Assembly (NCBI GenBank): GCA_028282585.1
Contig: JANQHR010000139.1
Location: 1 to 36,866, forward strand
Length of the DNA: 36,866 nucleotides
Direction: 5' to 3'
Source of the DNA: Bacteroidales bacterium
Lineage (GTDB): Bacteria > Bacteroidota > Bacteroidia > Bacteroidales > UBA12077
The translations under genes were made by a program, and so were the position numbers. The notes beneath the pieces are model-generated. The model made no database searches. It saw nothing but the letters and a program-made list of their open reading frames with translations, and was not told the DNA's origin. Of the stretch, positions 10,638-19,976 are shown one piece after another. Each line of letters opens with the position of its first letter. Position 1 is the first letter of the stretch.

Positions 10638-10667
10638 AAAAAAAGGATACAAATTATTTTGTATCCT
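10638..10667 (-). terminator. Intrinsic terminator or stabilising hairpin between the dehydrogenase and HD-like genes
   Basis: AGGATACAAA-4 nt-TTTGTATCCT 10-bp stem followed on the minus strand by a T-run. Confidence 0.7.
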
Positions 10668-10678
10668 CGATATTTATA

Positions 10679-11878
10679 TTAGTTAAGTTTAGCAATAATT
10701 GCATCTGCCATTTGTTGTGTGGAAGCAGCTCCTTTCTCAACTACATCAGGACGACCAGACATTTTCATCATATCATAAGTTCGAACTTTTCCTTCTTCAA
10801 TAACTTCCGCAACAGCTTTACGTAGTTTTTCTGCCATTTCTTTTTCTCCGATAAAATCTAACATAGCACATGCAGTTTCTATCATAGCAATTGGGTTAAC
10901 AATTGACACATCATAATCGGCATATTTTGGAGCAGAACCGTGAGTTGGTTCAAATACGGCAACTCTTGATTCCGGGTTCATTTGTGCACTGGATGCAAAT
11001 CCTAATCCTCCTATTAATCCGGCAAAACCGTCAGATACGATATCACCAAACATATTACCTGCTACGATTACTCCATAATCTTCAGGATTTTTGGTTAACC
11101 ACATCATTTGAGCGTCTATATTGGTATTCCACAAATCAATTTCAGGAAAATCTGCTTTTTGAATTACCTGAGCCATTTTATACATCATTCCTGATGTTTC
11201 TCTTATAACATTTGGTTTTTCACACACTGTAACAGACTTATAGCCATTATCCTTTGCATAATTGAAAGCAGCTCTCAAAATTCTTTCAGTATATTTCTTA
11301 GTAAAGATACGAGTAGAAACAGAAATCTCTTCCCGTGGCGTTTCACCAAAATTCTTAACAAATCTTGGATGTGTCATTAATGCATGATAAACTGTATCAG
11401 GAGGGTTACTCCATTCTACACCGCCATATAATCCTTCTGTATTTTGACGGAAAATTACTGCATCAATTTTTGGCTCCTCGATAGTATCATTTGGTCCTCG
11501 ACGAATAAAATTTAATGGATTACCTGTATATGAACGGCAAGGCCTCATACAAATATCTAATCCAAAATGCTGACGTAAGCCAACTATTGGACTTGAATAT
11601 ACTAAACCTTTATCTTGTAATTCAGGAATTAATTCATTAGCAGCTTCATCTTTAGGCTTTGAAGTTATTGCTCCAAACAACGCTATTTTATGTTTTTCAA
11701 TCAAATCGATTGTACGTTGTGGTAGTGGATTACCTTCCTTGCACCAAAATTCCCATCCAATATCACCTTCCACATAGTCAGCTTCAAAACCAGCAGCTTC
11801 TAAAACTCTTATTGTTTCATCTAAAACAACTTTTCCGATACCATCACCTGGCATCTTAACTATTGTCCTTTTTGTCAT
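10679..11878 (-). CDS. Isocitrate/isopropylmalate dehydrogenase family protein (substrate uncertain)
   Basis: PGDGIG, FRQNTEGLY, KPNV, NMFGDIVSD and FEPTHGSAPKYA motifs. Confidence 0.88.
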   Translation of the reverse strand: MTKRTIVKMPGDGIGKVVLDETIRVLEAAGFEADYVEGDIGWEFWCKEGNPLPQRTIDLIEKHKIALFGAITSKPKDEAANELIPELQDKGLVYSSPIVGLRQHFGLDICMRPCRSYTGNPLNFIRRGPNDTIEEPKIDAVIFRQNTEGLYGGVEWSNPPDTVYHALMTHPRFVKNFGETPREEISVSTRIFTKKYTERILRAAFNYAKDNGYKSVTVCEKPNVIRETSGMMYKMAQVIQKADFPEIDLWNTNIDAQMMWLTKNPEDYGVIVAGNMFGDIVSDGFAGLIGGLGFASSAQMNPESRVAVFEPTHGSAPKYADYDVSIVNPIAMIETACAMLDFIGEKEMAEKLRKAVAEVIEEGKVRTYDMMKMSGRPDVVEKGAASTQQMADAIIAKLN

Positions 11879-12079
11879 TTTAATTTCATTTTTTTGGGTT
11901 TGTTATTTAAATTTCAAAATTTTAAGACTTGTAAAATTAGAATAAATATTATTCAAACAAAACGATATCTATAATTTTACACATTTGTTTTTAATACGTC
12001 TCTAAGTTTTACCTAAACAAAACATAATAAAGCTTATAACTTGTTTTTAAACATAAAATCATAAAATGATTTTATTTTT

Positions 12080-12110
12080 TTTGCCCGTTTTAGATTAAAT
12101 TGTATGTTTA
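12080..12110 (+). promoter_or_regulatory. Candidate Bacteroidota sigma-A promoter for pepD
   Basis: TTTG-19 nt-TATGTTTA, one mismatch to TAnnTTTG. Confidence 0.35.
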
Positions 12111-12150
12111 CAGCAATGAAATTATTACTAATGATATAACCTAATAAATA

Positions 12151-13611
12151 ATGAAAGTACTTACTAATTTACAACCTAAGGTAGTTTGGGATTATTTTGA
12201 GGATATTTGCCAGGTACCGCGCCCATCTAAAAAAGAAGAAAAGATAATTCGGTTTTTACTTGATTTTGGTAAAAAGCATAACTTACGAACTAAAAAAGAT
12301 GAAATTGGGAATATTTTGATTTCTAAACCTGCCACCCCGGGTAAAGAAAATTTAAAGACTGTTGTCCTTCAAAGCCATATTGATATGGTTTGTGAAGCCA
12401 ATGAAGGTACAAATCATAATTTTGATACTGATCCAATTCAACCTGTAATTGATGGTAACTGGATAAAAGCTAAAGGAACAACGTTGGGTGCGGATGATGG
12501 AATTGGAGTTGCCGCCCAAATGGCTATTCTTTCAGCCACAGAAATTGAACACGGACCTATTGAGTGCTTATTTACTGTTGACGAAGAAACAGGATTAACA
12601 GGTGCTTTTGCATTACAACCGGGATTTTTTGATGGAAAAATATTAATTAACCTTGATTCAGAAGACGAAGGTGAATTATTTATTGGTTGTGCAGGAGGAA
12701 TTGACACACTTGCTACATTTGAATACAACCAAGATAAAATTCCTGAAAATCATGTAGGAATAAAATTAAGTGTAACCGGACTAAATGGAGGCCACTCCGG
12801 TGATGAAATTGATAAGGGTTTAGGAAATTCAGTAAAACTTATGAATAGGTTTTTATGGAATTGTAGTAACAAATTCGATATAAGAATCGGTGATTTTGAT
12901 GGCGGTAAAGCAAGAAACGCTATTCCACGTGAAGCATTTGCTCATATTACTATACATAAAGATGAATTAAATGACCTAAAAAGCTATTTTGATGACTATG
13001 CACCTACTGTAAAAAGTGAGCTATCTATCACGGAGCCAAAACTTGAATTATCAATTAAAGATGCAGAATTACCTGATTTTGTAATTGACGAAGACACCCA
13101 ATTTACGTTGTTATATAGCTTATACGCATGTCCGCATGGAGTTTATGCAATAAGCAGGGAAATTAAAGGATTAGTTGAAACTTCTACGAATTTAGCATCA
13201 ATAAAGTTTATTGAAAATAATCAGATCTTTATTACAACAAGCCAACGTAGTTCCGTTGATTCTGCTAAACATGATATTGCAAGTAAAGTTGAAGCTGTTT
13301 TCCGTTTAGCAGGTGCAAAAGTAAAACATGGCGATGGATATCCGGGTTGGAGACCAAATACAAATTCCGAAATCATGAGAATTACTGAAAACTCGTATGA
13401 AAAACTATTTGGAGTAAAGCCAATTGTAAGAGCAATTCATGCAGGTTTAGAGTGTGGTTTATTTTTGGAGAAATATCCATATTTAGATATGATTTCGTTT
13501 GGTCCAACAATTAAAGGAGCACATACTCCTGAAGAAAGAATTGATATTGAGACAACGGTTAAATTTTGGGATTTACTTATTGATGTCCTTAAGAACATTC
13601 CTGTCGATTAA
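12151..13611 (+). CDS. pepD: Aminoacyl-histidine dipeptidase (M20C)
   Basis: LQSHIDMVC, TLGADDGIG, DEETGL, NLDSED, GGHSG and IHAGLECG motifs. Confidence 0.95.
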   Translation: MKVLTNLQPKVVWDYFEDICQVPRPSKKEEKIIRFLLDFGKKHNLRTKKDEIGNILISKPATPGKENLKTVVLQSHIDMVCEANEGTNHNFDTDPIQPVIDGNWIKAKGTTLGADDGIGVAAQMAILSATEIEHGPIECLFTVDEETGLTGAFALQPGFFDGKILINLDSEDEGELFIGCAGGIDTLATFEYNQDKIPENHVGIKLSVTGLNGGHSGDEIDKGLGNSVKLMNRFLWNCSNKFDIRIGDFDGGKARNAIPREAFAHITIHKDELNDLKSYFDDYAPTVKSELSITEPKLELSIKDAELPDFVIDEDTQFTLLYSLYACPHGVYAISREIKGLVETSTNLASIKFIENNQIFITTSQRSSVDSAKHDIASKVEAVFRLAGAKVKHGDGYPGWRPNTNSEIMRITENSYEKLFGVKPIVRAIHAGLECGLFLEKYPYLDMISFGPTIKGAHTPEERIDIETTVKFWDLLIDVLKNIPVD

Positions 13612-13631
13612 TTTATAGAATACCATAAATC

Positions 13632-13663
13632 AAATCCTGTCAACAAATCGGCAGGATTTTTTT
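13632..13663 (+). terminator. Intrinsic terminator after pepD
   Basis: AAATCCTGTC-8 nt-GGCAGGA followed by T7. Confidence 0.8.
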
Positions 13664-13733
13664 ATTGACTAATTTAAGCTTTTATGAGTCTCCAATATTT
13701 AATATCTTAGAAGTTTATTAAAGGGTTTTAATT

Positions 13734-15488
13734 ATGAGTACATTGCAGACTCTTGACTGGATTATTATCCTTGCTTATTTCGCACTAATCATTGGGTTAG
13801 CATGGTGGGTTATTAGGCAAAAGCAGAAAACATCCACAGACTATTTTCTAGCTGGCAGGAACTTAGGTTGGTTTATAATTGGAGCATCTATTTTTGCTTC
13901 CAATATTGGTTCAGAGCATCTTGTTGGTTTAGCTGGTTCTGGAGCTACAGATGGTGTAGCTATGGCTCATTATGAATTACATGCATGGTGCTTACTTGTT
14001 TTAGGATGGGTAATGGCTCCATTTTATATTAGGTCAAAAGTTTTTACCATGCCTGAATTTCTTGAAAGAAGGTTCTCTCCTACTGCCAGGGTCGTACTTT
14101 CAATTATTTCACTGGTAGCTTATATTCTAACCAAGATTGCAGTTGGAATTTTTGCGGGAGGAATTGTATTCAGTGTATTGTTGCCAGATTTAAGCATATT
14201 TGGTTTAAATAGCTTTTGGGTAGGTTCCATTTTAGTGATTGTTTTAACAGGATTTTATACTATTTTAGGCGGCCTAAAAGCAGTAGCTTACACAGAAGCT
14301 ATTCAAACTATCACTCTAGTAATTGGCTCAATTCTAGTTACTTATTTTGGCTTAAAAGCAATTGGTGGTTGGGGTGAATTGAAAACCATAGTAGGCTCCG
14401 AAATGTTCAATTTATGGAAACCCATGGTTCCGGAAGGAATTCAAAGTACCTGGCTACCGGTAAGAGAGAATGATCGAATGGCCTGGTATTTCAATGATAA
14501 TTATCCGTGGCTTGGAATGGTCTTTTGCGCTCCGATCATAGGATTATGGTATTGGTGTACGGATCAATATATTGTACAAAGGGTATTAGGCGCACCTAAT
14601 GAACGTATCGCCCGGCGAGGTACAATTTCCGCAGCACTTTTAAAACTGCTTCCTGTATTTATATTTATTATACCTGGAATTATAACATTTGCACTAGCCA
14701 AAACTGGCGTGAATACAGAAATTCAAAATGAATTTTTAGATGCTAAAGGTGAATTAATTCGAGAAAATGCACAAAAAGCGTTTCCATTATTGGTTGCAAC
14801 CATTTTACCAGTTGGAATAAGGGGATTAGTTGTTGCTGGTTTGCTAGCTGCTTTGATGAGTTCTTTAGCAGGGGTATTTAATGCAGCATCTACCCTATTT
14901 ACTATGGATTTGTATTCTAAAATTAAACCAAACCTTTCCGAAGAAAAATTAGTTTGGATTGGTAGAATAGCAACCTCAGTTATGGTGATTATTGGTTTGC
15001 TATGGATTCCTGTAATCCAAGGAGGAAAAGGGCTATACGATTATTTACAAGGAGTCCAATCTTATTTAGGACCACCAATATTTGTAGTATTCTTTTTTGG
15101 CGTTTTCATGAAACGTTTAAATAACAAAGGCTGCTTAGCTTCTTTAATTACAGGCTTTATTCTTGGTTTATTCCGGTTAGCAATTGATACTCCGGTAAAA
15201 ATGATTGAAGGTTTTTCATATACAAATGGATCGTTCTTTTGGATTGTCAACAATACCTTTTTTCAGTATTATAGTTTAATTATTTTTCTGGTTTGTACTA
15301 TTGTGATTATTGTTGTTAGTTATGCAAGTGAACAACCATCTTATTCAAAAATCAGTGGATTAACCTATGGAACGATAAACAAAAAGCACAAATTAGAATC
15401 AAGGTCAAGCTGGACAACAAGTGATGTAATTAGTTCACTAATAGTTATTGTTTTTATTGCTGCAGCATACATATACTTTAGTGGATAA
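13734..15488 (+). CDS. Sodium:solute symporter (SSS family, SGLT-like)
   Basis: DYFLAGR, ASNIGSEHLVGLAG, TMPEFLERRF, WYWCTDQYIVQR and LAALMSSL motifs; many TM helices. Confidence 0.93.
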   Translation: MSTLQTLDWIIILAYFALIIGLAWWVIRQKQKTSTDYFLAGRNLGWFIIGASIFASNIGSEHLVGLAGSGATDGVAMAHYELHAWCLLVLGWVMAPFYIRSKVFTMPEFLERRFSPTARVVLSIISLVAYILTKIAVGIFAGGIVFSVLLPDLSIFGLNSFWVGSILVIVLTGFYTILGGLKAVAYTEAIQTITLVIGSILVTYFGLKAIGGWGELKTIVGSEMFNLWKPMVPEGIQSTWLPVRENDRMAWYFNDNYPWLGMVFCAPIIGLWYWCTDQYIVQRVLGAPNERIARRGTISAALLKLLPVFIFIIPGIITFALAKTGVNTEIQNEFLDAKGELIRENAQKAFPLLVATILPVGIRGLVVAGLLAALMSSLAGVFNAASTLFTMDLYSKIKPNLSEEKLVWIGRIATSVMVIIGLLWIPVIQGGKGLYDYLQGVQSYLGPPIFVVFFFGVFMKRLNNKGCLASLITGFILGLFRLAIDTPVKMIEGFSYTNGSFFWIVNNTFFQYYSLIIFLVCTIVIIVVSYASEQPSYSKISGLTYGTINKKHKLESRSSWTTSDVISSLIVIVFIAAAYIYFSG

Positions 15489-15569
15489 GTAAAATTCTAA
15501 TTATTTTAACTATTATTGCATTGTTTTCCTGTTTGTGCTAGCATAAACAGGTTTTTTAAAATCAATTTT

Positions 15570-16382
15570 ATGATTCTTAATATCTCAATAGATTTTTTAA
15601 AAAATGCATATATATACTCACCCGGAATAATTACTTTGCTTATTCTAGCCGGATTTATGGTTGGAGTAATAAATACCATTGCTGGTAGCGGTACTGTTAT
15701 TACTTACTCGTTGTTTATGATGTTGGGCTTGCCTGTAAACCTCGCAAACGGTACTATACGGTTAGGTGTAATAATGCAAACTTTAACCTCTACTCTCAAT
15801 TTTAAAAGACATAATACATTAGATTGGAAGAAAGGCTTTAAACTTGCAGTTCCGGTGGTTATAGGTTCTATTGTGGGGGCTCAAATTGCTATTGAAATTA
15901 ATGAAGCCATATTCGAAAAAATTTTAGCAGGTATTCTAATCATTATGCTATTCTTCATTTTTTATAGACCTGAAAAATGGTTGAAAGGCCAAGTACAGAA
16001 AATTCAAAGCAAACCAACGTTTATTCAGCTATTCTTATTTTTTATTATAGGACTTTATGGAGGATTTATCCATATTGGCGTAGGTATTTTCATGCTCTCC
16101 GTTCTCGTGTTAAATGCTGGTTACGATTTAGTAAAAGCCAATGCTATAAAGGTGATGACTGTATTTCTTTACAGCCCATTTGCGCTAACTGTTTTTATCA
16201 TAAATGATCAGGTTCATTACGGTATAGGATTAATTGCAGCTATTGGAAATGTTTTTGGTGGATATGTTGGCTCAAGAATGGCAATTAGTTGGGGAAATAA
16301 TTTTGTACGTTGGGTGTTAATGGTTGTAATTATAACTTTTTCAGCATATCTTTTGAATCTTCCTGAACTTTTTCGTGCATAA
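15570..16382 (+). CDS. TauE/SafE (TSUP) family membrane protein
   Basis: G.INTIAGSG, ANGT.R and GLYGGFIHIGVG motifs; about 8 TM helices; ATG 15570 preferred over TTG 15516. Confidence 0.85.
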   Translation: MILNISIDFLKNAYIYSPGIITLLILAGFMVGVINTIAGSGTVITYSLFMMLGLPVNLANGTIRLGVIMQTLTSTLNFKRHNTLDWKKGFKLAVPVVIGSIVGAQIAIEINEAIFEKILAGILIIMLFFIFYRPEKWLKGQVQKIQSKPTFIQLFLFFIIGLYGGFIHIGVGIFMLSVLVLNAGYDLVKANAIKVMTVFLYSPFALTVFIINDQVHYGIGLIAAIGNVFGGYVGSRMAISWGNNFVRWVLMVVIITFSAYLLNLPELFRA

Positions 16383-16407
16383 AATGTTACGCTTATATTA
16401 AACAAGT

Positions 16408-16438
16408 TTTGTTTTTAAAAATAATGTAATTATACTTG
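16408..16438 (+). promoter_or_regulatory. Candidate promoter of the his leader and operon
   Basis: TTTG (16408-16411), 19 nt, TATACTTG (16431-16438); close to the Bacteroidota -33/-7 consensus, 18 nt before the leader 1 ATG. Confidence 0.6.
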
Positions 16439-16456
16439 CACTATCAACATAGAAAA

Positions 16457-16534
16457 ATGAGTTTACAAAATTTACATACAATTCTTCATCACCATCATCA
16501 TGCTGGTGCATATTACCTATGCAAATTTTTGTAA
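16457..16534 (+). CDS. his operon leader peptide 1 (MSLQNLHTILHHHHHAGAYYLCKFL, 25 aa)
   Basis: Hand-translated; 5 consecutive His codons plus one more; A-rich start; followed by a terminator; upstream of hisG. Confidence 0.88.
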   Translation: MSLQNLHTILHHHHHAGAYYLCKFL

Positions 16535-16563
16535 AATCCTAAAGATAAATTTAAAAAAATAAT

Positions 16564-16591
16564 GGGCTTGCAAAATTTGCAGGCCCTTTTT
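16564..16591 (+). terminator. his attenuator terminator 1
   Basis: GGGCTTGCAA-aat-TTGCAGGCCC-TTTTT; the 3' end of leader 1 (TGCAAATTTTTGTAA) is complementary to TTGCAAAATTTGCA in this hairpin (antiterminator). Confidence 0.85.
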
Positions 16592-16620
16592 CGTATAAAC
16601 AATTTAATAGTTAAAATAAA

Positions 16621-16698
16621 ATGAACTTAAAACAACATCATATTCATCATCATCATTCGAGTTTGAATCAAACCCGGCAGAAAGTACTATGGATATAA
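16621..16698 (+). CDS. his operon leader peptide 2 (MNLKQHHIHHHHSSLNQTRQKVLWI, 25 aa)
   Basis: Hand-translated; 6 His in 7 codons; A-rich start; followed by a second terminator. Confidence 0.88.
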   Translation: MNLKQHHIHHHHSSLNQTRQKVLWI

Positions 16699-16721
16699 AT
16701 TTAAGTTCACTATAAAAAATT

Positions 16722-16753
16722 AAAAGGCCTACAGTTCTCTGCAGGCCTTTTTT
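16722..16753 (+). terminator. his attenuator terminator 2
   Basis: AAAAGGCCT-a-CAG-ttct-CTG-c-AGGCC-TTTTTT, ending 22 nt before the hisG ATG. Confidence 0.85.
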
Positions 16754-16775
16754 ATTTAAAAACACATAATCAATT

Positions 16776-17633
16776 ATGGAAAAACTAAAAATTGCAGTAC
16801 AAAAGTCAGGAAGGTTAAGTGAAAAATCGCTTCAGCTTTTAAAAGAATGCAGTATTAAATTAACGAATGGTAATCGAAAGCTAATTTCAGTATCATCCAA
16901 TTTTCCCATAGAAATACTCTTTTTACGAGATGATGATATTCCGCAATCCATCTATGATAGTGTAGCAGATATCGGAATTGTTGGAGAAAATGAATTCGTT
17001 GAAAAAAATTATCCTCTTAAAATATATAAACGATTAGGATTTGCCAAATGTCGTTTATCTATTGCCATTCCGAAAACAGAAAACTTCGATTCACTTGAGT
17101 ATTTTCAAAATAAGAAAATTGCTACCTCTTATCCATTCATCCTAAAGTCTTTTCTTAAAAAAAATAACATCAATGCGGAAATACACCAAATCAGTGGTTC
17201 GGTTGAAATATCTCCTGGTATTGGGCTGGCCGATGGTATTTTTGATATAGTAAGTTCTGGAAGTACATTGATCAGTAATGGATTAAAAGAAGTAGAAAAA
17301 GTTATGGATTCTGAGGCTGTTTTTATAGGTAACCCTAATATAAAGACTACCAAAAAAGAGATTCTGGAACAGCTTTTATTCAGAATAAATTCGGTTCAGC
17401 AAGCAAATTCCAATAAATATATTCTACTAAATGTTCCCAAAGGTAATCTAGATGAGGTTATTCAAATTATTCCAGGAATGAGAAGTCCAACCATTATGCC
17501 ATTAATTGATGATGAATGGTGCTCATTACATTCGGTAGTTAATGAGCAGGAATTCTGGGAAGTTATTGATCAGCTTAAATCAGCTGGTGCAGAAGGTATC
17601 TTGGTAGCACCTATCGAAAAAATGATCTTGTAA
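16776..17633 (+). CDS. hisG: ATP phosphoribosyltransferase (long form)
   Basis: IAVQKSGRL, RDDDIP, GSVE and DIVSSGSTL motifs plus C-terminal regulatory domain. Confidence 0.97.
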   Translation: MEKLKIAVQKSGRLSEKSLQLLKECSIKLTNGNRKLISVSSNFPIEILFLRDDDIPQSIYDSVADIGIVGENEFVEKNYPLKIYKRLGFAKCRLSIAIPKTENFDSLEYFQNKKIATSYPFILKSFLKKNNINAEIHQISGSVEISPGIGLADGIFDIVSSGSTLISNGLKEVEKVMDSEAVFIGNPNIKTTKKEILEQLLFRINSVQQANSNKYILLNVPKGNLDEVIQIIPGMRSPTIMPLIDDEWCSLHSVVNEQEFWEVIDQLKSAGAEGILVAPIEKMIL

Positions 17634-17643
17634 AAATAGAAAA

Positions 17644-18933
17644 ATGAAAATAATAGAATATCCAAGCCAAATTAAATTACAAGAAATCCTGACGCGTCCG
17701 GTTTTCGATTCAGTTAAACTGGAGAAATCAGTTACGAAAATCATGTCTTTGGTTCAAAAGAAAGGAGATAAAGCGCTATTTGCCTTATCGAAAAAGTTTG
17801 ATAAGGCCAACATTCAGGAGCTAAAGCTATCTTCAGAACTTATAGAAAATTCGGAAAAGCTAATCGATAATAAATTAAAAAATGCCATAAAAACAGCTTC
17901 ACTGAATATTGCAAAGTTTCACAATTCACAAATCTACGAATCAGAAGTTGTGGAAACAATGAAGGGCATTAAATGTTGGCAAAAATCTGTACCAATTGAA
18001 AAAGTTGGCCTTTATATTCCCGGAGGCTTGGCACCTCTGTTTTCAACTGTTCTTATGCTAGCAGTTCCTGCTCAATTAGCAGGTTGCAAAGAAGTTATTT
18101 TATGTACTCCTCCAGGCAAAGATGGAATTGATCCAGCCATATTATATGCTGCTAAAATATCCGGTGTTAAAGATGTTTTTATAGTTGGCGGAGCACAAGC
18201 AATTGCAGCAATGGCATATGGAACTGAATCCATACCAAAAGTTGATAAGATATTTGGGCCTGGAAATCAGTTTGTAACTACTGCCAAACAAATTGTTGCT
18301 TCACAAGGAATTGCAATCGATATGCCTGCTGGTCCATCAGAAGTTATGATTTTAGCCAATGAAAATGCTAACCCAGATTTTATTGCAGCTGATTTACTCT
18401 CTCAAGCAGAACACGGATTTGATAGCCAGGTAATTTTAGTCACCACAGAAAGATCAATTATCAGCAAAACTTTAAAAAGTTTAAATGACCAGCTTAATGT
18501 ATTGCCCAGAAAGGAAATTGCTGAGAAATCGCTTGAGTCCGGAGCTATTATATTAGTCGACAATACAGAAAAAATGATCACTATAGCGAATGCTTACGCT
18601 CCGGAGCATTTGATTATTTCAACTTCTAATTATACCGAATTGATTGAAAAAGTATACAATGCCGGATCAGTATTTTTAGGAAATTTTACACCTGAAAGCC
18701 TTGGTGATTATGCATCAGGTACCAACCATACCCTACCAACCAATGGTTTTGCCAGAAGTTATAGCGGGCTGAATATGGATGCTTACTTCAAGAAAATTAC
18801 TTTTCAGGAAGCTACATCTGAAGGAATTGAGATTATCGGAAACCTTGTTGAAACCATGGCCGAAGCAGAACAGCTGCAAGCACACAAAAATGCTATTAGC
18901 ATTAGATTAAAAGCAATAAAAAATGAAAAATAG
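17644..18933 (+). CDS. hisD: Histidinol dehydrogenase
   Basis: GLYIPGG, DKIFGPGN, DMPAGPSE, LSQAEH, APEHL and GDYASGTNHTLPT motifs. Confidence 0.97.
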   Translation: MKIIEYPSQIKLQEILTRPVFDSVKLEKSVTKIMSLVQKKGDKALFALSKKFDKANIQELKLSSELIENSEKLIDNKLKNAIKTASLNIAKFHNSQIYESEVVETMKGIKCWQKSVPIEKVGLYIPGGLAPLFSTVLMLAVPAQLAGCKEVILCTPPGKDGIDPAILYAAKISGVKDVFIVGGAQAIAAMAYGTESIPKVDKIFGPGNQFVTTAKQIVASQGIAIDMPAGPSEVMILANENANPDFIAADLLSQAEHGFDSQVILVTTERSIISKTLKSLNDQLNVLPRKEIAEKSLESGAIILVDNTEKMITIANAYAPEHLIISTSNYTELIEKVYNAGSVFLGNFTPESLGDYASGTNHTLPTNGFARSYSGLNMDAYFKKITFQEATSEGIEIIGNLVETMAEAEQLQAHKNAISIRLKAIKNEK

Positions 18934-19972
18934 TATAAACATAAACAAACTGATTCGAAAAAACATTTTGGAACTAACCCCATATAATTCAGCTCGTGGG
19001 GAGTTTTACGAATCCGATTTCATTTTTTTGGATGCTAATGAAAATCCCTTTCCTTTAGGATATAATAGGTATCCGGATCCTTTACAAAAGGAACTTAAGG
19101 AGGCTATTTCAATAGAAAAAGAAATTCCCGTTCAGAATATTTTTTTAGGAAATGGAAGTGATGAAATCATTGATTTATTGTACCGTGCTTTTTGCTACCC
19201 TGGAAAAGACTCAGTTATCATTAATACTCCTACCTATGGAATGTATGAATTATGCGCCAGGGTCAACGATATACAAGTGATTAAAATAAACTTAGATGAT
19301 GATTTTCAAATTGACTTAGATTCTATTCTAAAAGCTAATTTACAAGCTAAAATGATATTTATCTGTTCACCCAATAATCCGACAGGAAATATTATTCAGA
19401 AAGATTTGATTCTTGAATTATTGTCAAAATACAAAGGAATTGTAATAATTGATGAAGCATATATTGATTTTGCAAACAATGAAGGATTTGCATCTGAAAT
19501 CAATAAATATACTAACCTGATAGTTTTACAAACATTTTCAAAGGCTCGTGCTATGGCCGGTGTTCGTTTAGGTATGGCATTTATGAACTCCGAAATTGTT
19601 GGAATACTTAATAAAATAAAACATCCATATAATATCAGCTACCTCAATCAAAAAGCTATTTTAAAATCTTTAAAAAATAAATTAAATGAAGTTGGAATAA
19701 AAGCCATTTTAAAACAAAAAGAATGGTTAACAGAACAACTAGGTAATTTAAAAATTATGCAAAAAATATGGCCATCAGATGCTAATTTTCTATTGGTAAA
19801 ATTTTTTGATCATGATAAGATATTTAAATATCTAAGAAAAGAAGGAATTATAGTTCGTGATCGATCCAAAGAACCTGGTTGCGAAGGATGTTTAAGAATA
19901 ACAATAGGAAAATCATCAGATAATCAATTATTAATAAACTGTTTAAAAAAATATCAAAAAATAAATCTTTAA
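18923..19972 (+). CDS. hisC: Histidinol-phosphate aminotransferase
   Basis: LDANENP, NRYPDP, GNGSDE, CSPNNPTGN, DEAY and TFSKA motifs. Confidence 0.96.
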   Translation: MKNSININKLIRKNILELTPYNSARGEFYESDFIFLDANENPFPLGYNRYPDPLQKELKEAISIEKEIPVQNIFLGNGSDEIIDLLYRAFCYPGKDSVIINTPTYGMYELCARVNDIQVIKINLDDDFQIDLDSILKANLQAKMIFICSPNNPTGNIIQKDLILELLSKYKGIVIIDEAYIDFANNEGFASEINKYTNLIVLQTFSKARAMAGVRLGMAFMNSEIVGILNKIKHPYNISYLNQKAILKSLKNKLNEVGIKAILKQKEWLTEQLGNLKIMQKIWPSDANFLLVKFFDHDKIFKYLRKEGIIVRDRSKEPGCEGCLRITIGKSSDNQLLINCLKKYQKINL

Positions 19973-19976
19973 AGAT

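Noticed and set aside
12151-13611. pepD (His-dipeptidase) as functionally linked to the his operon
   Set aside because: Separated by a terminator and two unrelated genes; PepD has broad specificity.
16511-16516. YY in His leader 1 and the single His before the Tyr run in Tyr leader 2, as cross-pathway sensing
   Set aside because: One or two codons in AT-rich sequence are expected by chance, and the YY codons fall in a pairing segment.
16487-16656. CAT trinucleotide runs read as microsatellites or a His-tag artefact
   Set aside because: They are in frame in ATG-initiated short ORFs, include a synonymous CAC, and sit with terminators directly upstream of hisG, so leader peptides explain them better.
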